From Cyanophora paradoxa CCMP329 (taxonomy: Eukaryota > Plantae > Glaucophyta): a stretch of 64,000 nt of DNA. Positions 12,321-23,300 of this stretch are shown one piece after another; position 1 is the first letter of the stretch, and each line of letters opens with the position of its first letter. A program made the position numbers and the translations under genes. Location of the stretch: assembly GCA_004431415.1 (NCBI GenBank), contig QPMI01000015.1, positions 310,001 through 374,000 on the forward strand, in the 5' to 3' direction. The notes beneath the pieces were generated by a model that saw only the letters and a program-made list of their open reading frames with translations, did not search any database and was not told the DNA's origin.

Positions 12321-12631
12321 GGCCCAGTTCCTGAGCCCTGGACCCACTTGACTACGTATACATGCCAAGCTGCAGCTGCTGATCATGAGTACTGAATAAT
12401 CTTCAGTGATCATGAAACCGTTGAACAGTTCCTGAGATCTAGAAAGTAATTGAATTCTTGCATCTCGGCTCCATGATTCCCCCCCCCCCCCCCTCCCCCG
12501 GCCCGCCCAAGGTTTCCAAGATTAAAGCTGAAATCGCATTGAATCCTGTGACGAGTACGTACACTAGATCCATGCATATGGTTCAACGGTTTTAAACTTT
12601 GAAAGTTTCCCCCGGGCCCCCCACTGGGCCA
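12321..12631. mobile_element. MITE-like relic with nested inverted repeats
   Basis: GGCCCAGT (12321) pairs with ACTGGGCC (12623); AAACCGTTGAAC (12415) pairs with GTTCAACGGTTT (12581). No coding capacity and no clear TSD. Confidence 0.35.
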
Positions 12632-13533
12632 AGGCCGATATTGCAAGGCTTGGCAATTGCACTGCAGCAAGCTCAAGCTTGAGCAAATTGCCATGATGGT
12701 TCATGCCGGACTGAGAACTGATAGTGGCTCGTGAATCGTGATACTGTGATATCGATATGTTCATGATCATTCAGGCCACATACACGATACACGACAGCGA
12801 TAACCATAACGATACACGATACACGCTAACGATAACGATTAACGATTGCAAACTTGCATGCGAACGGGCCGAACGGGGCCACGGCTCGCGCTCCATGATC
12901 TCTTGCGCCTGTGACATGGCAAAATAGCGACGCCCAAAGAAGGGGACGATTCGTCGCCTGTTGACCAGGTTCCAGGTTCTGCTGAGGGCGCGCGCCCCGC
13001 CCGAGACAGCACACACGGCGCACGGCGCCCCCCGCGGATGCGCAGCACGGCGGCGGACCTGGCCGGGCGGCGGCAGCGGTCGGCGGGCGGAAGGCTCGTC
13101 GAGCAATCCCCGATGCGTGGTGATCTTGCGCGCCACCCCATTCTGCGCAGTCGTTCCAGGACTCTTTTCGTAATCAAAGCTGATCCAGACACTTGAGGCC
13201 GGGCAGGCGATCCACACCTGTGGCTGAGCAACTGCCATCCAGAGATGTGGCCGAGCAACTGCGCGTACAGCCGCAGCTGAAATCTGACACGGGTACGAGT
13301 ACGAATGGCCCGGAAATGGCATGACCGATGTGGGCGACAGCTGAACCTGCCGACTCGTACAGTACTTGCGCACGCGGACTCCGTCGTGGAGCTCGAAATC
13401 TGGAAGCGTAGGGCGGCGCACAGGGAGGATCGTTATCGCGCGATTCAACCGTACCCCCATTCTGCCAAACTGCGTGAAGGCGTCGATCGCCGGGCATAGG
13501 GGCGTCACGCTCAGCAGGTACAGCATAGCGAAG

Positions 13534-16438
13534 ATGTTCGCGTTCGTCGCCGGCCTGCCGGTTGTCCGTCCTACCACGCCTGGGGCGCTCGCGTCGAGCT
13601 TCACCGGCGCCCGCGTTCGTTCGGAGCGGACGCCGCGTCAAACCGCGGCAGCGAAGCATCGCAAGTTCGAATATGTCCCCGCCGAGGAGACGCGTTGCGA
13701 GGTATGCCCGAATCGGTCGCTCCCCGCAAACGCACACGCCCTGGATCGGCCGGACCCCCGACGAAGATCCGCGCGGCCGCAGGCTGCGCCCGCCAAGAAA
13801 CTCTCAAAGAATGAGCCGCTGAAGGAGGGGAGCGACTACCTGCGTGGCAAGCTCGTCGAGGAGTTCGCCGACCTTTCGAGCGGCGCGATCTCGGAGCCGC
13901 AGACACAGCTTCTGAAGTTCCACGGGAGCTACATGCAGGATGACCGCGAGCAGCGCGCTCCTGGGAAGGACAAGGCGTACTCGGTGCGTACGCCGCCCTT
14001 CGCGGCCCGCCCTCGCTCATGCGTTCGGGGCGCAGTTCTTCATTCGCACCCGCACGCCGTCGGGCGTCGTCAACCCGGATCTCTACCTCGCTCTCGATGA
14101 GGTTCGCGGTGGGACGCACGGCCGAACGAGCCCGAACGAGCGGGGACGCGGGCTGCCGGCGCTCACGCGTCACCCGCAGATGTCGGAGAAGTGGGGGAAT
14201 CACACGCTGCGCGCGACCACCCGCCAGGCGTTCCAGCTGCACGGCATCCTTAAGCAGAACCTGAAGCCCGTCATTGCTACCATCGTCAAGAACCTCGGCT
14301 CGACCATGGGCGCCTGCGGCGACATCAACCGCAACGTGCGTAGCCCCGCAGCGCGTGATACCTGCGCGTATTAGAGTAGCGCTTCGCGCAAAGCAGCGTC
14401 GGACTGCTCTCCAGCGGCGAGCTAGCCCCGCGCCGTCGCTGTCCCCGGCGCTTCCCTCGCGTTGGCTCGATTCGCTGACGCGCGTCTTACGAACGACAGG
14501 TGATGGGCCCGGCGGCTCCCTTCGTGAAGCCGGAGTACCAGCACGCGGCCGAGTGGGCGCGACACGTCGCGGACCTGCTCCGCTCGCAGGCGTCCACCTA
14601 CATCGACATCTGGTGCGCCGCTTTCGCCGTCGCCGTCGATTGAGAGACAGGAGAACCCGCCGCTGAGCCGCCCGCAGGGTCGACGGCGAGAAGTACGCGT
14701 CGCTGACGAGCGAGGCGGAGTTCGTCACGGCGGCCCGCAACAAGCAGCAGAACGGGATCAACACGAGCGACTCCGTGGAGCCGATCTACGGCAAGACGTA
14801 CCTGCCCCGCAAGTTCAAGATCGGCTTGACCGTCCCCGGCGACAACTCGATCGACATCTACACGCAGGACATCGGCATGGTCGCCATCACCAACGCCAAG
14901 GTTCGCGAGCCCGCCGCCGCCGCCCCCCCCCCCCCCCCCCCCCCCCCCGACGCAGCCCAGCTACCTACCACACAGCCGCTCTGACCGCTCGGGGTTCAGG
15001 GCGAGCTGGAGGGCTTCAACTTCACGGTCGGGGGCGGCATGGGCCGCACCCACAACAAGGAGGAGACGTTCCCGCGCCTTGGCGACCACCTGGGGTACGC
15101 GTCCAAGGACGACGCGCTCATGCTCGTCAAGGCCATTGTCGCCACCCAGCGCGACTTCGGCAACCGCGAGGTGCCGGGCCCTTCCCGTCGGGCTGCTTCC
15201 GCACTTCTCTGGTGCGATATTTGCACGCTGCAGAACCGCCGCCAGTCGCGCATGAAGTACACCATCGAGAGCATGGGCTTCGACAATTTCAAGGCCAAGG
15301 TCGAGGAGTGCGCGTCCTCTCTCCGCCCTCCCCTACCCAGCCGAAGCCGAAGCCCCCTCACTTAATCACGCGCTGCAGGTTCTACGGCAAGAAGGTCGAC
15401 GCGTGGAAGTGCGTGTGGCCCACGCCCCGCGACGCCGTTTCCGTCTATCGATATGACGCGCCCGGCGCGCAGGGCGCTGCCGGAGTGGAAGTACGAGGAC
15501 TACCTCGGCTGGCACGAGCAGGGCGACGGCAAGGGCTTCTACGGCGTCCAGATCGAAAACGGCCGCATCAAGGACGTCGGTCCGCCGGGGTCTCCCGCGC
15601 TCCGCCATGCCTCGCTGAGCGGTCTCGATTCGCGCGCGGCGCAGGCGACTTCAAGCTCAAGACGGCGCTGCGGGCGGTCGTCTCCAAGTACCGGACGACG
15701 CTGCGGGTGACGCCGCACCAGAACGTGCTCATCACGGACCTCGACCTCTCCGCCAAGGCCGACGTCGAGTCCATCTTCCGCTCCCACGGCGTCCTCCCCG
15801 CCGACGAGGCGCGCCACGTTTTCCCTCCCCTCCCGCCCGAGCGCAACGGCGCGCTGAGAGACTGTAATCCGCAGCGCGACTCGCTGGTCCGGCTCTCGAT
15901 GGCGTGCCCCGCGATGCCCATGTGCGGCCTGGCCATCACCGAGGCCGAGCGCCGGCTGCCCGAGGGGCTCGAGCGCATCCGCAACATGATGAAGAGGTCC
16001 GACCTACTCTCGTTGCATTCTTCACGAAATGGCTTCGTTCCGACCGGGGCCGCGCCCGCCCGCAGCGTTGGTCTGACGGACGAGGACACCCTCACCGTGC
16101 GCATGACGGGCTGCCCGAACGGCTGCGCGCGGCCGTACATGGCCGAGCTCGGCTTCGTCGGCGACGGCCCGGACACCTACCAGGTCCGTCCCTCGCAACC
16201 CCGCTTCGGCTCTAGCGGCCCTCGCGAACGCGTTCCCTCGCAGCTCTGGGTTGGCGGCACGCCGAACCAGACGACCCTCGCGTACCCCATCAAGGAGCGT
16301 GTCAAGTACGACGACACGGAGAAGGTGGTCACGCCGATCCTCGCGGCGTACAAGGAGAAGCGCAACTCTGGCGAGAGCTTCGGCGCCTTCGTCAACCGCA
16401 TCGGCAAGGACGCCGTTCTTCAGCTCATTGGAGCTTAA
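13534..16438 (+). CDS. SIR: Ferredoxin-dependent sulfite reductase, plastid-targeted (siroheme/4Fe-4S)
   Basis: N-terminus [13 protein letters not shown] is transit-peptide-like. Motifs: [65 protein letters not shown]. Confidence 0.95.
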
Positions 16439-16441
16439 GCA

Positions 16442-18344
16442 CTACCACTTCAACATCGAGCTAGCGAGCTTCGGCCTTTCGTGGTACTGGGTGTGCAGCA
16501 GCGCCCGGGCCTGTACAAATACAGCATAAGATCAGTGACTGAGAGATATGTGTGAATTTCTATTATGAGCAAATGAACCTTTTCTGAGAAAGGCTGCCCG
16601 AAGAGCTGGTCGTGCATTTGCAGCACGTGGGGGTCGCGTGTCAGGTCCTGCTCCGCCCGCTGCTCGTGCACATCCCGTGCCTTCGCAAGCAGCTGGTTCC
16701 TCGCCTCCGTGCCCTCGGGGCGGATCTGGCCGCCGCCGTTCAAGCACCCTGCAGCCAGGCAGCAGATTAGTTGCATCGAAAAATCAGTTTGATGCAAGGG
16801 CGCGGACCGCCAGGGCAGGCCATGATCTCGATGAAGTCGTACGGGCAGCTCTTTTGCTTGACCCGCCTCACAACGTTCTGGATGTTCTTGAAGCCGTATG
16901 CCATCGCGAACTTGATGGATCTCTGGGAATCAATCTGTAGAGGGGATGAGGATGGCCAGAGGCAGCTCAAGAGCGTGGTACATACATCAAGAGACGCCTC
17001 TCGCATGTCCTGATTCTTGAGTGGCTGGAGCTCTGCCTCGGGCCGAGCAACTGCACTAGCCAGAGTCCGCATGGTGGACTGCAGGTAGCCACCAGCGCCG
17101 AAACCAGCCGGCCTGAAGAGGACATCCGGACTGACGTGGGCCAATGTAAACCTGCAAAATCGCATAAGCAACAAGAAACACATCAAAGGACAGCAAACGC
17201 ACTCTGGGTCTGGAGGGGATGGAGGCAGGCTCTTCAGATCAATATTTCTTTCTGATAGCAGCTCCTCAATCTCAATGGAGGTAACAACGCAGTCCACGTC
17301 CTTGGTTGTCTTCTCCTGGTTCATGAAATCATCTCTTGAAGCTTCCAGCTTCTTGTCGTAGCATGGCATGACAGTTACATGGTAAATCTCGTCCGGCCTG
17401 AAAGCACACTGGCGTCAGCATGCACAGGGAAGGCATGACCCAGGCGAGCAAGGGCGCACTTCTTCCCGAGCTTTTGGGACAGAAACTGCTTGACGAGGGT
17501 TCCCATGATTTGCTGAGGGGACTTCACAGAACTAATGTAGGGAAGGACATAGGATCCGTGGGTCTTCTCGGCGTAGCAAATCCATCCTGGCAGAGAATTA
17601 GTTTCCAACTGTGCCCACGGTGGCCGTGGAACAAACCTGGGCAAGACGATGTGATAATGGGCAGGGCAGCAGGTCTCCCAGCTTCGCGCTCTGCAAGGCG
17701 GGCCTGAAACTCGGCGTTCAGCTCGATGAGGGAGAATGCCGATGCGAGGGTGCAGTCGTAGACGAAGTGAGCGCCAATGCTCTTGAAGAGGGTCACGAGC
17801 TTTGCCAGACCCTGCACAGCATTCAACCAAGGATCCACAGCATTCAAACAAGAAGGATCGATTCTCGCAGTGCGTCTTCTCGCACCTCGACGGCGTTCAG
17901 CCCGTAGTGCGCGCAGATCGAAGAGTGCGCTGGGATTGAGATGGAAACGACGTTGACCTTCTGGCCGGACGTGAACGCATCAAGCATTTCTTTCGTGCTT
18001 TGCTCGCCGATGAGGACTGCTTCGGCTGTCGTCACGCAGCCGCTGCGCTCAGCGCTTGAGCGCGCGAAGACTACAACGCACACACGACGTTCTGCACCTG
18101 CAGGCGAGGCAGTCATTCAGCGAGAGCTTGGCTGCCTTGGTGCCGTCCGCGGCATGCGCTCCACCCTGCATCGGCAGCCGCTCTGTCTTGTTCGACTGCG
18201 CGGCAATTAGCAGGGGCATATCGTCAAGCGCGGCCAGACTGCGCGTACGAGGTCGGGAAGGGCGCCGACGACGCAGGATTGAGAAGGAGTAATGAAGTCA
18301 TCGAGATCCGTCAGGCGCACGCCCGAGGAGAACCTGTTGGACAT
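16442..18344 (-). CDS. NAR1: Cytosolic Fe-S assembly factor NAR1/CIAO3 (hydrogenase-like)
   Basis: [95 protein letters not shown]...KW*. Confidence 0.95.
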
Positions 18345-18720
18345 CTTTCCGACGTTTGCGGGAGCTGCAGAGCGCTGCTAGCGCGTTCAAGCCGCGCGTA
18401 CGACGGCCGGCTGACGGCCGAGAATTATGCGCCCCGCAGCGACCCCCTGCACGCGTCTGCAGCTGCGCGACCTGCGAGAGGGCGTCTTTCCTCGCGCGCT
18501 CACCGACGAGCTGTCGTACGCACCGCGTCGCAGGCCGGGGAGCAGATGCCGTCAGCGCGCGCTGCTGCCCTTTGCGAACAAGCCCAGCGCCGCCTCCGCG
18601 TCGCGCGCTCGATCGCTCTCTTGCGCGCTCGATGCTCGCCGCTGAAGCCCAGAACAGACGCTGATTCGTCGCTGAAGCCGAAGGGGGTGCGGTATTCTTC
18701 AGGGCTAGCTGCTTGGCGCT

Positions 18721-19859
18721 ATGACAATGGCGCTCGAGACGCAGAAGCTCGTCAGGTACGCGAACGCGCATGCATGCGCAACCGACGGCAGCTGGGCCCG
18801 CGCCAACAGTCAGCCAGGTTCCTGTGCGCGGGGCGGTTCGCGTCGAGCTCGTTCGAGCTGTTCTATACGCACGCGGACGTTGACGCCGATGCTTCCGAGA
18901 AGAAGTGGCGCGACGGCGTGCGCAAGGTCGGTCCGGGCGACGCGGGCGCACGGAATCAATTTGGCACTCAGCGCCGCCGCGCAGCTGCTGATGAAGGGCA
19001 CGGGCTCCGCTGTCGTCAATGTGAAGCTATCAGAGGCCATATATAAGAATAAGTTCGCCAATGTGCCCCTAGATGACGGTCAGCAATGTTGTCTCGTTTC
19101 CCGCCGCGGCTCGAGCTCGCTAACTCGCGGCGGCAGGCCTGTGCTATTACATCAGTGACGATGAGCGGTACTTTGCAGTCGGGACCGCCAGGACGTATCC
19201 CTCAAAACCTGCCTTCCAGCTTCTGCGGTCTTTCCGCGGCGAGTACGTTCCCCCTCCTTCCGCGGACGAGGAGGCGCCATCGTGGGGCCAGGTTCGCTTT
19301 GAGGATGATCCTCGCTCGTGAACTCGCCTTCACCAGCTCTGCTAGGGACTTGCGAGCCAGAACAGCAGAAAAGCCAAGGCCGTCTGCACACAGTATGAGG
19401 ACCCTGCGAGGCTGGACGACGCATCCGCTCAGAGAGTCGAGGTGAGTTCCGCATAAAACGACCAATCTCTTCCAGCCTTGCCGAGAATGATCCCCTTTGC
19501 AGAGGATGGGCCAACACATGGAAAACGAGAGGGTGCTTGCTCAGAAGGAGCAGGAAATGTCGAGCTGGAAGGACATGTTCCGGTCTCCAGGCGAGCTCTC
19601 ATGTTTCCAACTGGCATGGCTTGCAGCTGATGCTGATTGCTTGCATCGTCTGCACAGGCCTGAGGCAAAAGCTCTTCTGGAGGAATTGCAAGTACGGTCT
19701 TGTCCTCGCCGTCGTTATCCTCATTCTCATTCTCGGTGAGACCACCCTTCAACTGGATAACTATATCACATTCGCTGAGGCTTCTTACATGTGCTGCTCA
19801 AAGCCAATTTATGCGTTTTTCTAATTTTCTGTTCCACAGTGATCTGGTGGTCCATCTAA
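18721..19859 (+). CDS. Divergent VAMP/R-SNARE-like tail-anchored protein, possibly with a longin-like N-domain
   Basis: The spliced C-terminus MFRSPGLRQKLFWRNCKYGLVLAVVILILILVIWWSI* resembles the synaptobrevin juxtamembrane and TM region. Internal exons are less certain. Confidence 0.55.
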
Positions 19860-20377
19860 GCCAGTGCAACACAGTCCAGTCTCGTCCAAAACAGTTGTTC
19901 GGTTTGAACGACTTCGACTTCTTGCCCATCCTTCAGTTTAGTTGTTCCATTTGACGACTTGCCAAAAGTTGCATCATAGCATATCTGCATGGCCAGTGTC
20001 GAGCCTCGGAGGGACCGGGGCGGGGTCGTGGCTTTTTGGGCTTGCGCTGTACACGCACGCTGACAGCAACGTAAAGAATCCGGTCCGGATTCCGGAGTTC
20101 CCAGCTAGCTGTGGCGCCTTTAAATTTCCCGCGAGATCCAGGACTCCTTTGACGGGGGGTACCGATTTACGGTTCGACAGCTCGCCACCCAAGCCGCCCC
20201 GACGCACAGCAGCGGGGCGACGCACACTCGCGTTCATGAATGGCGTCCAGCGGGGGCCCACCTGGCCCGGGTGGCAGTGCGTGATTTGGAGAATGGCCGT
20301 GATGCTCACGGCGACGCTCACGCTCGATTGTTCTCGCGTGCATTTCGTTCACAGAGCCCTTTGACATACCGCGGACG

Positions 20378-23300
20378 ATGTCGGCACCGCCCAGCCTGAA
20401 GGAGCAGCAAGAAGCTCTCTCTCGACACGCTGGCGCCCACTTCATTCCGTATCCTTCGGGCTACAATGTGGTGTCTGCGGTGAGTGACGGCGTGCGCGGC
20501 GCCGCTTTGCCGCGCTCAGGCGAGCGCAGCAACCACAGTTTCAGATGGGGCAGATGGGCCCGGGCATGAACATGCAGCCCATGCATGTGGCGCCTCCCGG
20601 AGCGCCTTTCGTGCAGCAAGGCTATCCCTACGGGCCCCAGGCGCCGCAGTATATCCTTGATGCCGCTGCGGGGCCAAGTGGGTTTTCGTCGCGGGTCGCT
20701 TTCCCTGACTCGGGCTCTTTTCTTCCTTCTTACTCGCGCAGCCGCCGCATCCTGGACCTCAACACCAGCAGCAGCAACAGCCGCAGCATCAGCCACCGCC
20801 CGCGGCGTCGCATAAACCCCAGTCGAAGGCGATCGCTATCATCGATCCCAAGACGATGCAGGAGGTGCGTCCGTGCAAGGCTCGCTTTCAATGATCTCCT
20901 TACACCAGTGCGCTCCCCGCGCGACAGGTCGCTGTCGGGTCGAAGCAGTCACCCACTCCGCCACCCGTGCCCAAGATTCCGGAGACAAAGCCGCAGGCGC
21001 AGGCGCCGCCACCGCCTCAGCAAATGCCGCGTCACCAGCAGCCGATGCAACAGCCCATGCAGCAGCCGATGCAGCAGCCCATGCAGCAGCCCATGCAGCA
21101 GCCGATGCAGCAGCCCATGCAGCAGCCGATGCAACAGCCCCACCAGCAACAGCAGCAGCACATGCCAGGGCAAGGCCGCGGCGCGCCTATCGTGCCAACC
21201 GTGCCTGCCAATCCGGCGGTCACCGCGGCTGGTCGCGGAATGTCGCCGATGATGGGTGGCCCCATGGTCCCCCAAGTGCAACAAGCCATGCAGCCACAGA
21301 TGTCCGGGCCGCCGCCCGGGGCGCCGTTCCCGACGGCGAAGTTCCCCGGGCAGCCTCCTCCGCAGTTCCAGATGATGCCTCCGGGGGCGCAGTTTCCGCC
21401 GCACGTCGCCGGCCGCGGCGGGCCTCCGATGCCATACGGCCGGGGCCGCGGCGGCCCGCCGATGCAGATGCAGCCCGGCGTCGTCCCGCACGTCATGATG
21501 CCGCCGGCTGGACGCGGCGGGCACGTCATGGTTGGCCCGCAGGGCCGCGGCGCGCCCATGCAGGCGCCCATGCAGATGGGCATCCTCAGCACGCCTGGGC
21601 CCCAGATGCCGCACGGAATCCCGCCACAGATGCAACCGCACCTCCACCAGATGCAGCCCCCGGTCCACATCCCCCCGAACGTCAGCCCGTCCCACATGGC
21701 GCAGAGCCCGCAGTTCATCCCCAGCCCGATGGTCTCCTCTCCCCTCCCCGCCTCTCCGGCCGGCTCGTCCCCGCACCCGCACCCGTCGGCTGCGGCCGGG
21801 CTGGCGCCACGCCCGGGCCCCTCCGCCACCTCCCCTGTCCAGCGCTCTCCGGCCCCCGCCGCCGCGGCCCCCGCCCCTCCGGTCGCGGAGCCCGCCCCCG
21901 CGCCCTCCTCGTCGTCCCCTCTCTCGTTCGGGGACTTCGCTCCTACTTCGCCCTCCGCCGCGCCCGCCCCAGCCCCAGCCGCGCAGCCGCAGCCGCAGCC
22001 CGAGGCGCCCGCGCCCGCCGCAGCCCCGCGGCTCCGGAGGCGCCGACTCCCGCAGCGGTCCCGTCTCCGGCCCCGCACCCGCGGCGGCGCCGGAGCCCGC
22101 CCCTGCGCCGGAGCCCGCGCCCGCGCCTGCCCGGAGCCCGCGCCGGCTCCGGCGACGCCGCCGGCCCCCGTCGTCGAGGAGCCGAAGCCCGCGATTGAGC
22201 CGGAGGCGGTGACTGCCCCGCCCCGCTGCCGCCGCGTCTCCCACGCCCGCGGCCGCGGCGGCCCCGGAGCCGGCACCGGCCGCGCCCGCACCCGCTGCGG
22301 CGCCAGAAGCCCCTAAGGCCCCCGAAGCCGAGGAGGCGAAGCCGGCGGCGGAGGCGGCGGCGTCCGCGTCGCCGGCGGCTTCACCGGCGCCCGCCGCGGC
22401 CGCCGCGGCGGAGAAGCCCGCGAACGGCGTCGATGAGGCGAAGGCGGAGGATGCCAAGCCGGCCGAGGCGCCCGCGGGCGACAAGCCGGCGGAGAAGAAG
22501 GACGAGGAGAAGAAAGAGGAGAAGCCCAAGAGCGGAAAGTGCGCCGGCGCCGCGCTGAGCAGCGCGCCCCCTCGCTGTCCTGCGACCTGACCCCTGTCGC
22601 CAGGTACGAGGCTCCGAAGGGGCGCAACGCCAAGAACATGCGCAAAGTCCTGCAGAAGGCGGACCAGGTGCGCTCGGCGCCCTCCCGTCGGGCGCCGCCG
22701 TCTGAAGCGTGGCGGCGCAGAACCAGTTCAAGGCTGCCTCCTTCGACCCGTACGTCAGCACCGCGGCAGCGCCCTCGCCCCCCGCCGAGGCCAAGCCCGG
22801 TGAGCTCCGCCCACTCCCGCGCACTTGTTCGAGCCGCCCGCTCCCGCTCACGACCGCGCGCAGAGGCGGAGAGCTCCGAGGCCGCCGCTCCGCCGACGCC
22901 GGCGGCGGTCGAGCCGAGCCCGAAGGTGCGCCGCCATTCGGCTCCCGTGCGCGCGTGCCGCGTGTGCCGTCTCAGACCGCCTGCAGGGCGACGAGAGCTC
23001 GTGGGAGGACAAGGACTTCGAGAACGCGCCGCCGGTCGTCACCCCGCAGAAGTCGGTCCGTCTCGCGCCGCGACGTCGCAGAGCCGCAGCGGCCCGGCGC
23101 CTGACTCGACCTCCTGGCAGACGGAGAAGCCGAAGGCGGTGCCGCTGATCGGGCCCACGGGCAAGAAGATCTACCCGCGGGAGTTCCTGCTCGACCTCAA
23201 ATCCGTGCGCGGCGTTTTTCAACGGCACCGCCTTCCTCACTGACGTTCGCGGCAGTCCTTCACGCAGCGGCCGGACGAAGAGACGCTCATCAAGGACATC

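Noticed and set aside
12598-12620. GAAAGTTTCCCCCGGGCC as an RNase MRP/P CR-I motif
   Set aside because: The match is imperfect and no partner CR-V motif is nearby.
12771-13530. Minus-strand 277-aa ORF upstream of SiR
   Set aside because: It has no recognisable motifs, overlaps the SiR start and ends in a simple ACGAT repeat. It is probably promoter or intergenic DNA.
14923-14948. Long poly-C/poly-G tracts (also ~12479, ~59717, ~60946, ~61229)
   Set aside because: These are intronic or intergenic homopolymers whose lengths are unreliable in assemblies. No specific function can be supported.
16442-18344. Possible [FeFe]-hydrogenase
   Set aside because: The N-terminal [14 protein letters not shown], the motifs SSCPGW and CYDKKLE, and the terminal W are NAR1/NARF-type, not HydA (TSCCPGW, CTAKKxE).
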